Source: a virus
Taxonomy: Duplodnaviria; Caudoviricetes
Direction: 5' to 3' (one strand)
Virus record (IMG/VR): IMGVR_UViG_3300035208_004516
Span: 1-64,000 of that record
Length of the DNA: 64,000 bases
Below are positions 45,165 to 56,248 of the stretch, one piece after another. How positions within the stretch are numbered: position 1 is the stretch's first letter; every line of letters begins with the position of its first letter. Below the pieces are notes generated by a model that saw nothing but the letters and a program-made list of their open reading frames with translations, made no database searches and had not been told where the DNA came from. A program made the translations under genes and the position numbers.

Positions 45165-45689
45165 ATGAAAATATCTAATAAAGCTATAATAGAATGTATT
45201 TTTGAATATAATAATTTAAAAAGATACATAGACAATTCTGATATTGAATTAAGTGATGGAGTCATATTACCTGATAAAAAATATATAAAATTATACTATC
45301 ATTACATAAATTCTACCTCATACGCATTTAGAATCGATGCTCGATGCTGTACAATGTCTAATAAATCTGATTGTGAAATTATTAAAAAAAGCATTACAGA
45401 ACAATTCATATCAAAGAATATTAAAGCTAACATTAAAATTTCATCAATAGTCTGTTTACCAGGGAAATTATACACAATAAATAATTATAGATTTTGTAAT
45501 ATATATGAATCTTTAAATGGAGATATGATAAAAACAAAATATCATATTTTAATATGTGATAAATGCGGATTGATAGATTATCATATGAAAAATAGAAGAT
45601 ATCAAAATATATGCGAATCATGTATTGGACAATCTAAAAATCAAAAATTGAAAGATGCTCAACTTATATTTGAATTGATGCGTCAATAA
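45165..45689 (+). CDS. Constant-tail Zn-finger paralog 8 (most diverged)
   Basis: CDKC...CESC then DAQLIFELMRQ*. Confidence 0.75.
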   Translation: MKISNKAIIECIFEYNNLKRYIDNSDIELSDGVILPDKKYIKLYYHYINSTSYAFRIDARCCTMSNKSDCEIIKKSITEQFISKNIKANIKISSIVCLPGKLYTINNYRFCNIYESLNGDMIKTKYHILICDKCGLIDYHMKNRRYQNICESCIGQSKNQKLKDAQLIFELMRQ

Positions 45690-47056
45690 AAGGACATTAA
45701 TATGTTAGAAAATAAAACACAAGATGAAATTTGGGAAATGAGAACTGATGAAAATTGGGAAGTGAGAGGAGAAGTTGTAAACAAACTAGAAGGAGATTAC
45801 AAATTAGCACATCTTTTATTAGAACAATAAAATTAAGAGGAATATAAAAAATGCAACGAATAACTACGATATTATTATGCATGATAATTCATACACTTTC
45901 TGCTAATAATTTTTATATTGATATGACTCAAGAATATGCAAAAAGAACATTGATTAATAAAAACATACAATATGAACATTTAAAATACAACAAACTTAAT
46001 TCTGATATTGAATTTTTTTATTACAATAAAGGATATTTCATTAAACAAAGATTATCTTTTATGAATGGGGCATGTGTGGATATAATAGACATGTTAAAAA
46101 TTGGCAAAGGAAATTTAAGTAATAAACTTAAAAACTTTAAAATTATTAAAAAAAAGAAAGGGGAATGGATAATTGAGGTAAATTATGAAACTTATAAAAT
46201 ATTTATTTCAGAATCAACAAAAAAAATAATAAAAATAGAACCAGTAATAAAAACTACTTAGAAAAAAACAGGAGACAACTATGACAACTAAACAAATCAT
46301 TCAATATTTAACATCAGAAATACCAGAAGAAGGGGTATTTAACAAAAATCTTTTACTAAAATGGTACAAAGAATGCAACATAGAATTAGTATACAAATAC
46401 ATTATTTTTAAAAAGAATTTATGCAGAGTATTAAACAAAGAAATTAAATTATGGAAACGTATAAAAATTGACAATAAATATAATATTTATAAAAAACTAA
46501 TATAAAAAGAAAGGAAAAACATGAACTGGATTATAGTAATAACTAAAAACGACAGAAAACCTATGCAAAAATTTTTAACTATACAAAAAAATAATGATAT
46601 AAAAAAGATATGTGAAAACACATCTATACAATATCGAGATCATGATATTATATTAGTACTTGAACATTATAGCAAACTAAATACATTTTCTAGATTTAGA
46701 ATGATATGGAAGAATGGAGAATTACAGAAAGAATTTAATTTTCCAGAAGATCTTTACATTATTAATACTGAGCAGAACAAAGTTGCTTGGAAAGAATTAT
46801 TAATGAATTTTGAGTTAAAAAATAAAAATTAAAAGAGACTAAAGAAAGGAATTTACCATGCTAGAAGAAATTAATGATTATTTTAAATTCAGAGAACAAC
46901 AAATTATTGGTTCTAATCCTATAATTAGAAACAAGATAACGCAAACAGATTTAAAAAGAGTTGATAAAATAAGTTTATTAGAAAAAGTAATTTTATTTGA
47001 TTCATACGAATATACAGAAGAAATCGATATTATATTAAACAGAAAGGTAAAAGAAT

Positions 47057-48232
47057 ATGAATATCACGGAAGAAATTAATTATTACATTGATATATTTCT
47101 TGATAATTTTCAAATGATGTGTTCAAAAGAACATGCAGATGAACTTATAACTGCCCACATTGAAAATCTATTAACAGAAAATTATGAAAAGAAGATATCA
47201 AAAAAAGAAACATATGCAGAATTAAGAAAAAGTATTTTGGTTATAAAAGTGATAAACAAAATCACAACTTATTTAATAATAAGATTCAATCGTAACAAAG
47301 ACAAACAACTTCTTAATTTTGAATATCTAAGAATCTTTTTTATATCTGATAAAGATGGAGAAGGTAATACAACTAACAAAGGCACCTTCTTTGTCAAATT
47401 TCCAGACTTATTTACTACTAAAGTATTTATAATATTATCTCATGTATTGGATCGTATAAATTTAAGATTAGACGAAAAGAAAACAAAAACGATAAGATAC
47501 GCTGGAGAAAAATTCCCAGACAGAATAGATGCTTTAGCAGAATTATTAGAGTCATGTAATTTTTTAATAGATGTATATCATTCTACGGAACAAAATGATA
47601 GTATATCTTCAATAGAGTATGGATCATTCCTTGGACACATAACAACAACATTTATTAAAAAATACAATCGTCCATTCATATTTGTGTTTTGGAAAACATT
47701 TATTGATAATAAATTACTAAGAGATGATCAATTGGAAAGAATTTCAAAATCTCAAAAGTTAGAGGAATTAGAAAGATCATTTCTTAAAGATATAGTATCA
47801 ATTATTTCTACAGAAGATATAAAAAGTGTTAATAAAGATCAAAATTTAACACAGATTTTTACTAAATCACTAATTAAATCTTCTAAAGCAAAAGTATCTT
47901 TCGGAATGAATAATGATGCAAAGATAACAGATTGCATTCAAAAAATGAGAGTATGTTTTATAGAAAAAGAATTCGATTTATTCTATCATGGAAAGAAATA
48001 CTATCTCATGTTAATATATTCATTTCTTATAAACAATGGAAAAATAGAAAAGAATGAACATCAATGTATAGAAAGTATAAGAAAAATCGAACCGCCTTGG
48101 CCAAAAGGGACTCCATATTGGTTAGGTATTTTTCCAGAATTAGATTCTGAAAATACTGAATTTAGAAAAGCATTTAATGATGCTTGCAACGAATGTAAAA
48201 AAATATTAAATGAGGAAGGAATTTATGAATGA
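47057..48232 (+). CDS. Hypothetical protein
   Basis: 391-aa ORF in operon context. Confidence 0.7.
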   Translation: MNITEEINYYIDIFLDNFQMMCSKEHADELITAHIENLLTENYEKKISKKETYAELRKSILVIKVINKITTYLIIRFNRNKDKQLLNFEYLRIFFISDKDGEGNTTNKGTFFVKFPDLFTTKVFIILSHVLDRINLRLDEKKTKTIRYAGEKFPDRIDALAELLESCNFLIDVYHSTEQNDSISSIEYGSFLGHITTTFIKKYNRPFIFVFWKTFIDNKLLRDDQLERISKSQKLEELERSFLKDIVSIISTEDIKSVNKDQNLTQIFTKSLIKSSKAKVSFGMNNDAKITDCIQKMRVCFIEKEFDLFYHGKKYYLMLIYSFLINNGKIEKNEHQCIESIRKIEPPWPKGTPYWLGIFPELDSENTEFRKAFNDACNECKKILNEEGIYE

Positions 48233-49524
48233 GAAAAATAAATAGAGTTCATTTTACGATTACAGGTGAATGGCTAACTTGGATGCTCAGACATTTATGG
48301 GTAGAAGGCAGTGAAGTAAAAGCTGTCAATGTATGGTGTGGAGCATTTCCCAAATTATCTAGTGAAAAAATAATCAAAACACATTTTCTTAATGTCGTGT
48401 CAGGCAGAAAGAAACTTGTTGGTAATAATGAATATGACCTTGTGGATGATGATAAAAAATATTGGAGTACATATCAAGATGGGGAAGAAAATACTGATTT
48501 TCCTCTACTTCAAAGTTGGGAAGATGTAATTCTCCTAAAAAAAGTAAAATTGTATTTTTCCGAGATGGATCTTCGAGCAGTCAGATTGAACAGAAGATTT
48601 GCCACTACTCAAAAAGGCAATGGAAATAATTCTATGAGATGGGAACAAGCGGTAGAAGAAAATAAGGTAGAAAATGTTTATCGCAAACACGTAAGTGATA
48701 ATTGGTCAGAAATCAGGAATTTAACAATGCGTTTGAAAATGGATCTGGATTTACAAATACTTACAGCACCTGATGCTCCACTTCCTGTTACTCTTACATT
48801 CAATACCAAAAAAGCATATTTTTCTAAATCTCAAAAAATTAATGGAAACATCGATCAATGTTTTAATTTACAAGATGAGATTGAAGCGATTCTTACACCG
48901 ATAAGAATTTATTTTGAAACAAAATATGAAGGTCATATTCATATTAATGACACAATGAATTACAGTGGATTATCTCAGTTCAATAAATGGGATGTTGCCG
49001 CAGAAGAAAAACGAAGAGGAAAAGAATCAAATATTAGCAAATTAGCTCTTGAAGAACGAGATCAAGAGAATAAATCAGAATCTTTGATTGAAAAAGTTGA
49101 AAAGGGTAAATCTTTAGATGTTATGGCTTATGTCCATAATCTTCTTGAAGATAGCAAACGTGAAGATCGCTTTAAACCAGATCATCCAGAAAATACTAAA
49201 TGGACTTCAGGGTATATTGATAGAGAAGGAAGACTTTATGCATGTGCTGATTTACAGCATATTAATTTTGCTGATGAATTGTGTATACATTTCGGATTGA
49301 AACAAAAAGAATCGGATGAAGATGGACAAATTATATTAGATAATGTAGGATGGATAAAAATATCATTATTAAGATTTTTTTGGGAAGAGACTAAAAAAAT
49401 TACAGATTCTCAAAAAGAAACAATTTTAAAATATATGATAGCAAAAAAAATAAAAAAGACTCTTTTTAATTCTATATCATCATATAATTTAAAAACATTT
49501 GATGAACAATTTAATTCAGAATAA
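48229..49524 (+). CDS. Hypothetical protein
   Basis: 431-aa ORF, ATGA overlap with upstream gene. Confidence 0.75.
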   Translation: MRKINRVHFTITGEWLTWMLRHLWVEGSEVKAVNVWCGAFPKLSSEKIIKTHFLNVVSGRKKLVGNNEYDLVDDDKKYWSTYQDGEENTDFPLLQSWEDVILLKKVKLYFSEMDLRAVRLNRRFATTQKGNGNNSMRWEQAVEENKVENVYRKHVSDNWSEIRNLTMRLKMDLDLQILTAPDAPLPVTLTFNTKKAYFSKSQKINGNIDQCFNLQDEIEAILTPIRIYFETKYEGHIHINDTMNYSGLSQFNKWDVAAEEKRRGKESNISKLALEERDQENKSESLIEKVEKGKSLDVMAYVHNLLEDSKREDRFKPDHPENTKWTSGYIDREGRLYACADLQHINFADELCIHFGLKQKESDEDGQIILDNVGWIKISLLRFFWEETKKITDSQKETILKYMIAKKIKKTLFNSISSYNLKTFDEQFNSE

Positions 49525-50032
49525 GTATATTTATTGTATTTTATAATAAGAAAAAGAAAGAATATAAATTTTCTAATGTTGAAGAATTGAGTCGGATAGA
49601 TTTTAAATTAAAATATTTAGAAAAGATTTTTTTAAAAAATATAAATAAGGAATCTACTTATGAGTGAACTGTATTCTGAATTAGAAAAATTAGTTAATGA
49701 AAAAAAAGAAATACAAAAAATGTTAATTCAAAGTGACAACGCAATAAAGAACATAGAGAGATTGGTTATAGATACTAAATTGAAACTAACCAATTTGGGT
49801 CATTTTGATTCTAAAAATATAATTACTAAAAACAAAGGAGTTTAATAGAAGACACTTTATGGAGAAATGAATTTAAAAATATATTTAATTAAGATAAAAA
49901 GGAGGTACAGATATTATGCAGAAAAGTAATAAATGGTATAATGAAAAATTTCAGATATATTCTCATATCATTTCATATGGAGCAGTCTTAATGTGGATTG
50001 TATTAATGGTTGTAACTATAAGAAATTAAAAT

Positions 50033-50062
50033 AAAAAGCCAGGATAATTCCTGGCTTTTTTT
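50033..50062 (+). terminator. Intrinsic terminator
   Basis: AAAAAGCCAGGA-TAAT-TCCTGGCTTTTTTT. Confidence 0.85.
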
Positions 50063-50133
50063 ATAATTTTTTTAAAAACCTTCTACTTTGAATAACTTTA
50101 ATTCACTACATATATTTATTTATGGAACAGAAG

Positions 50134-50195
50134 AAGATTTGGGTGTGATAGGACGCATTATTTTATATGGGCTGGGGTCAAGTCCCAGAAATCTA
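50134..50195 (+). ncRNA. tRNA-like structure (degenerate tRNA or tRNA mimic)
   Basis: Acceptor-like AGATTT/AAATCT, D-like GTGT-GATAGG-ACGC, T-like CTGGG-GTCAAGT-CCCAG; no proper anticodon arm. Confidence 0.4.
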
Positions 50196-50336
50196 TTCTT
50201 TTTTTGTACAACTTTTTGATCTTCTTAAAAATTCTCAAGAATAAATTAAAAATAATTATTGACTGAACATCAAGGTCAATGTGGAAAAGTGTAAAACGAA
50301 AATATAGTAAACAATGCATATAAAGGAGATTTATTT

Positions 50337-51269
50337 ATGCAAACAGACATTGAAAAAATAGATAGTCTAAAAGATAAAATCAAAAGATGTGCTAAAGTTA
50401 TTAAACAAAGTTTAATAAATACCACTGTTGGTATACCACAAGATATCTTAGTAGAAAATTTTATAATAAACAAATTAAAAGCATTAGGTATTTATTCAGA
50501 TTCAGAAAGTTACGATCTTTTATTATCAGAAGATTGTAAAGAAGGAGATTTTAGAAAGATTTTTTGCGAAGGAACTGATCCAATTCCTCTACCAAGATTT
50601 AGAAAGATTTGGAGCATACTAAGAGAAGGTTCAACTTCTACTACCCAGAAACAACAATTAATTAATTCAGATCCATCAACATATGCTTTAAACATATTAA
50701 AACCAATAGGTCAATATTCAGATGAGGAATTATTAAAAAAATATGTTTCTAATAACGAAGATTCAGAATCAGAAAAAGAATTAAGAGAACGAAGTAAAGA
50801 TAGGAATTTTATAATTTTTAAAAACAATAAAGAAATAGATATTGAGCTTTCTTTAAAAATGTTAAGAGAAGCAAGAAGAAGAGTAACAACATCTGTTTGG
50901 AATGATGGAACTATGACTTATATTGTTTATAAAATTGGAGAATTTCCAAATGAAATTTATGATATCTGTCCAGTTACAGGGGAAACTTTGCTTGATAATT
51001 ATTCAGAAAAATTGGGAATCAATTGGGGAAAATTAAACTTAGATGCTAGACAGTTTATATGGATAATGCATGATCAAGGTATTGAAATTAATCCTTTGAT
51101 AGTTAGAACTTTAACTGAAGTATATGAAAAAGATGGAGTAGAAGGATTAAAAGATCTCTATTCTAAAATTGGGTTAATATATGAAGATTTGAAACTTCAA
51201 GGTAATTTACCGTCTTTAAAATCTAAAAATAAAATTTCTAAAAAAGATCCTTTCGGAAAAAGATTTTAA
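50337..51269 (+). CDS. Hypothetical protein
   Basis: 310-aa ORF with AAGGAG RBS. Confidence 0.75.
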   Translation: MQTDIEKIDSLKDKIKRCAKVIKQSLINTTVGIPQDILVENFIINKLKALGIYSDSESYDLLLSEDCKEGDFRKIFCEGTDPIPLPRFRKIWSILREGSTSTTQKQQLINSDPSTYALNILKPIGQYSDEELLKKYVSNNEDSESEKELRERSKDRNFIIFKNNKEIDIELSLKMLREARRRVTTSVWNDGTMTYIVYKIGEFPNEIYDICPVTGETLLDNYSEKLGINWGKLNLDARQFIWIMHDQGIEINPLIVRTLTEVYEKDGVEGLKDLYSKIGLIYEDLKLQGNLPSLKSKNKISKKDPFGKRF

Positions 51270-51287
51270 TCAGAAAGGATTTCTATT

Positions 51288-52328
51288 ATGATATCATTAA
51301 ATGATGTTTCTTTATATCAGATGAACCACATTGGATATTCTGCTAAAATAATGAAATCTAAAAGATTAAAAGGAGAAGAAGTATTTGGATTACCTAGTGG
51401 AGAATCCATGAAAGTAATCCCTTTAGATTGTCTACCAGGATGTCCAGATGAGTGGATTAAAGATGCTGGAAGTTATATTGTTCCAGTAGAATCTGAATGT
51501 GGAATTTGGTTCGATTGGACAACTAATAAAAATGATACAGCTATTATTGCTAGTATTAAAGGTATAAATCCTATTACTGGAATAAAGATAGACCAATTAG
51601 AATTAGAACAGTATAGAGAAAAATGTCCAATTCATAAAAAACCATTTTCTCATAATTTGTTTTGTGGGTCGTGTGGTTATGAGTGGCCTGGGCAGAATTT
51701 TATAAGCTGGCCTAATGCTCTGTGGTGGGATGGATTTAGACAGCCAGATGGAACGGTTAGACAATTCTTTTTTACATCAGATGAAATAAGAGATGTAGCT
51801 AGTGCATTAATAGGTAAAGAAAATACAGTTCCAGCATTTGGATTTGCTTTTTTTAGAAGCAAAAATGAACGACTAACAAATAAATCATCTCGACCACTTT
51901 CAACTGATTACTTTGGTTCTGGAATATGGGATATAATTAATAATCCATTTAAACCAACTTATAAAGATTATTTTTATCCTGATCATAATTCAAATCCAGT
52001 ATGGATATGTGATAACAATAATGGTGATCACATGATATCAAATACAAATTCAGATTATAGATTAATGAAAGCTGATACTTGTTGCAGTGTATCATCTAAT
52101 CAATTAAATTATATTAATGATGTTTCTATTGGAGCTGGAGCTAAAATAGATCAAAAAATAGAAATAGATACATTACCATTATCAGAATGGTTTTCAGAAC
52201 CTCAAGCTTTGATAAGATTATATTTTGTATTTAAAGATGATCTGGATACAATAATTAGAAAAGGTGGAATAAAAAAATTAGAAAGTATTAAAAATGGATA
52301 CTTATCTGATAAGGTATTAGTTGGATAA
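51288..52328 (+). CDS. Conserved hypothetical protein (WxDG...VRQF...GAG family) with inserted Zn ribbon
   Basis: WWDGF..DG.VRQF, SIGAGAKI.Q.I..D, CPIH...CGSC. Confidence 0.6.
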   Translation: MISLNDVSLYQMNHIGYSAKIMKSKRLKGEEVFGLPSGESMKVIPLDCLPGCPDEWIKDAGSYIVPVESECGIWFDWTTNKNDTAIIASIKGINPITGIKIDQLELEQYREKCPIHKKPFSHNLFCGSCGYEWPGQNFISWPNALWWDGFRQPDGTVRQFFFTSDEIRDVASALIGKENTVPAFGFAFFRSKNERLTNKSSRPLSTDYFGSGIWDIINNPFKPTYKDYFYPDHNSNPVWICDNNNGDHMISNTNSDYRLMKADTCCSVSSNQLNYINDVSIGAGAKIDQKIEIDTLPLSEWFSEPQALIRLYFVFKDDLDTIIRKGGIKKLESIKNGYLSDKVLVG

Positions 52329-52776
52329 TTTGAGATCGTTCAAATGATTAAGTAGTTTAATTTCCTTGATAGTTAATACATCGCAATTTTTACATAATGT
52401 TCGTTGCTTACGAAAAATAGAACCAAGTATATATTTTTTGCAATGAGAACAAGTAAAAAAATGTGCCATATATTTTCATCCTCTATATTTGTTCATTATA
52501 AGTTGTATTAGCCAAAGTTTAAACGGTATAAAGCATGTTCTTATAATTAGGTTAATAGGTTATGGATAGTAGATGAAAATCGTTTAAATAACTGCTTTGA
52601 TAGTTAACATAAATATGGAGAACAAATTTTAGAAATGAGAATAAGTATACTACTTTCTTATTATCATGTACCTTCTTATTAGAAGGGAATCCATACAGGA
52701 TCGAGCTGGATATTTAAAATTTAAAGTGGGTTATTTTTTAACTCACTTCAAATTTCACCACTCAAAAAGTTGTACA

Positions 52777-52803
52777 AAAAAAGCCAGGAATTGCCCTGGC
52801 TTT
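52777..52803 (-). terminator. Intrinsic terminator
   Basis: AAAGCCAGG...CCTGGCTTT with a T-run on the minus strand after 52812..53315. Confidence 0.75.
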
Positions 52804-53675
52804 AAATGAAATTATTTTTGAGTCAATATTGTATTAGGAATTTTGTGATTATTTTTTTGTGGGAAATAAAACTTCCAAACATCTGTAAGATATTGCTCTG
52901 ATGTATTTTTTAAATTATACATATAAGTAGATATCTTTTGACTCTGAATAACTTTAAATTTTTCTTCATTTATTATTCTTTCTATTTTTATTTGATTCTG
53001 TAATGTTTTTAATTCATTATTCGTTAATTCAATTTGATTAACTAATAAATCAATAGTACTCTTTTGATTATCCAGAATAGTAAATAAATGATCTACATTT
53101 CTGCGATTATTGTTTATTATATGTTCCTGTGGTTCAGTTACAAAATTACAAATTACAGATCTTACTCCCCAGATTCCTTCTCTAATAAGATTTCTGAAAC
53201 TTGTTAAATCGGAATTAATTTTGGGAAATGGTAAAAGTCCTATTAACAGAACAATTACTAATAAATACACATAAATAATAATTCCTTTTTTTATTGATGA
53301 TAATAATGTTTTCATTTTGATTTCCTTTCTATTTATTTTTTTAGTTATTTCTTTGTTTCGTTATTATTTTTCCAATTAATGATATACCAAAAATTAAAAC
53401 TCCAATTCCAATTTGAGAAGTAAATTTGAAACTAGATATTGTAGACAATATACTAATCAATATTAATATTTGTAAAATATTGATTTCTTTTAATGGATTA
53501 TTTATTTCTACAGATTCGAATAGAATATTCATAATATATAATCCTATCATAATCCCCACAATCAAGTTAACAGAAAATCCATTACAACTCATACAGTATG
53601 CAAGGATGACAATTCCTTGAATTTTTAAATACATATTTCCCAATTCTTTTAAATACTTCATCAATTATTCCTTTC

Positions 53676-54277
53676 TTATTTTCTTTTAAACACAAACAAT
53701 TCATCATATATTCCAATAAATTGTGGAATAATTACGGTTTCAACTTCCACAAATTCAGAATCAAGAATATTGAAAAATTCATCATTTACACAACATCCAG
53801 TTTTAGATTCTCCGATATTAATAAAATACTGATTATTTATAATTCGAAGAATGGATTCGGCCCAAGATTTATTATAATATGGCCAACTCATTAATACATT
53901 TCTATACGGATATTTTAAAAGAGCATGTTTAGCATCTAATTGTTCCACATTAAATTTGGAACTATGATTGAACCCGTACAGATTATATCAATCCCGGCAT
54001 CAGAAGCCATTTTGCTAATATAACCTGAACCACCTCCAATTTCTAATATTGGATTATATTTTGACAATGTATTTATTACTTCTTTGGTTATTATAGAGAA
54101 CCCAAATTCTGAAACATAAGCTTGTTTTAATTCAAAAATCTTAAGTATTCCTCTAAATTTGTTTTGGCACCTTACTACCTCATCATAATCGGGCAATATT
54201 TTTTGTCTGAACATATTTAGAAAATTAACAATCTGATCATTTTTATTATAGACGATGTCATTATATATATCCTCCAC
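53676..54277 (-). CDS. SAM-methyltransferase-like protein split into two ORFs
   Basis: PILEIGGGSGY...GIDII and RNVLMSWPYY...IGE..GC look like two halves of one fold; ORFs overlap near 53940. Confidence 0.55.
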
Positions 54278-55011
54278 TTATTCTACCAGTATAAATATAT
54301 TTTTTGTCTGAGTAGTTAATTGTTTCAGTTCCAGAAAAACTAAGAACAGAACTGTCAGAAGTCAAATGTAAATTATAACAAAAAGAATCTACATGAAAAT
54401 TTTTATGAGACAATGGGCCTCTTATAGGAATATGATATTCTGGATTAAGATTTAGAACAATATCTTCTAATATATTTTTTATTTCAGGATATGATAACAT
54501 TCCATGAACAAAGCATAACCATATTAATTTATTTTTATAATATACTTCCTCTCTTTGCACTAATACATGTCCATCATCAAAATATTTTGATATTAATTGA
54601 TTCTTCCAATTATTAGAATAGAATTTTGTTGTTCTTCTATGTCTTAAAAAATGTTCCAATTCTCCATATATTGAAATCATTAGATAAATTCCTTTCTTTT
54701 AATTTTCTATATCAACGTCTAATAAGTTTGACAGTTTTTGGCACTACATGTCAAAATTAAATATTTTCTAAAAATAAAAACTCCATGATTTGTTCCAGAT
54801 ACAGTAATAAAAAATTTATTAATGGATAATGGAACTTTAATATGTATAACTTTATAATTCATAAACTCCTTTTTAATCATCATTATTTTCTTCTTCAAAT
54901 TCTATTTCATTTTCTTCTTTATCATCTTCTGTTGATTCTAATAATTGTGCTAATTGTTTTTTAATTTTTTCAGGATCATTTTTTATTTCGTCCATGAGTT
55001 CCTTTTTATAT

Positions 55012-55422
55012 TTATGGGTTGAATAATAATATTCCATTTGATCTATACAGATATCTACAATCTATATGAACCCAATTAGTATTTTTTTCTATAGCAGTAA
55101 CAAATGGAAATAATTCTTGTTTAGATATAATAATTTTTCTTATTTCCTCTGATGAATAACTATTTACATCAAAATCTATTGCTCTTCCAAATCTATGTTG
55201 TGAATATTTTGATCCAATAGATAGATCTCTATATCCTCTTTGAGAAAATGTTCCTCCCCATTTCCAATTATTAATAGTAATTTTTTTTCCAATATATAAT
55301 CTTAATTCATCAACGGTAATTAATATTCTTTCATCTAGTAATTTCCAAGAATCATTTTTTAATTCATTATATATTTTAGATGATACAAATTCTTCGATTA
55401 TAAAATTTTTACATATATACAT
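55012..55422 (-). CDS. Peptidase M15A-like Zn peptidase (putative endolysin)
   Basis: RGYR, SQHRFGRAIDF, WVHID. Confidence 0.85.
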   Translation of the reverse strand: MYICKNFIIEEFVSSKIYNELKNDSWKLLDERILITVDELRLYIGKKITINNWKWGGTFSQRGYRDLSIGSKYSQHRFGRAIDFDVNSYSSEEIRKIIISKQELFPFVTAIEKNTNWVHIDCRYLYRSNGILLFNP

Positions 55423-55782
55423 ATTATGATTCGTTAACTTTAATAAGATCCATGATATATTTTTTCATAATTTTATGATCATTCACACTTCTAGCAGTGG
55501 ATTCTATTTTTTTAGATTCTTGTTCAGCGACTTCGAATTTAATTTTTTTAGTTTTCATTAAAGCTCGTTCATATAATTCATGAATGACTATAAAAAGAAT
55601 TTCAGAATCTTGAACTTTGTTACTAATCCATACTTCATTTAAAGGAATAAAATCATATTTGAAATGATGACCACCTTTTAAAATGGAAGTATCATTAACT
55701 ACGAAAATTCCTAATTTATCACCTTTGTAAATAGTATTATTATTGGTTTGAGAATGCTCTGTCATTTCAACCTCATTTCTCT

Positions 55783-56178
55783 TTAAAATTCATTTCTATT
55801 TTCTATATATAATTTATTTTCTGCCCATATACAATCAAAAGAACCAAACGGCAATCTTTTTACATCCATTCCTTTTAATACACTCATCATGTTAGAAACT
55901 CCAACAGGATTCAAACTGTGAATTATAATTTCAGAATTATCATTGATAGATTTAGGGATATTTTTAGATACTTGATATCCAGTATTATTTTCATCTGATT
56001 GAACATATACTAATCCACCCAAATCATGATCTAAAAATATAAGATCGAACTTCTCAGTTAAAATTTTATCTATTCCTGATTTAGCATCTTCACAAACTGT
56101 TAATTCACAGAATGCTTGTAGTTTAAGTTCAAACCATTTTATCCTAATATAATTATCTTCAACGATTAAAATTTTCAA
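55783..56178 (-). CDS. Cyclic-phosphate-processing receiver-domain protein
   Basis: ILIVED...R...F, FLDHDLGG, TGY.V, IIHSLNPVG..NM. Confidence 0.75.
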   Translation of the reverse strand: MKILIVEDNYIRIKWFELKLQAFCELTVCEDAKSGIDKILTEKFDLIFLDHDLGGLVYVQSDENNTGYQVSKNIPKSINDNSEIIIHSLNPVGVSNMMSVLKGMDVKRLPFGSFDCIWAENKLYIENRNEF

Positions 56179-56248
56179 TTTTGTATCTCCTTTTTTTTGT
56201 TTAATAATCTCTTACTGTTCAAATATAAATATATATAGTGCTTTGATT

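Noticed and set aside
52762-52790. Gateway attB1 vector contamination (resembles ACAAGTTTGTACAAAAAAGCAGG)
   Set aside because: Imperfect match, recurs in native terminator contexts, no vector sequence adjacent
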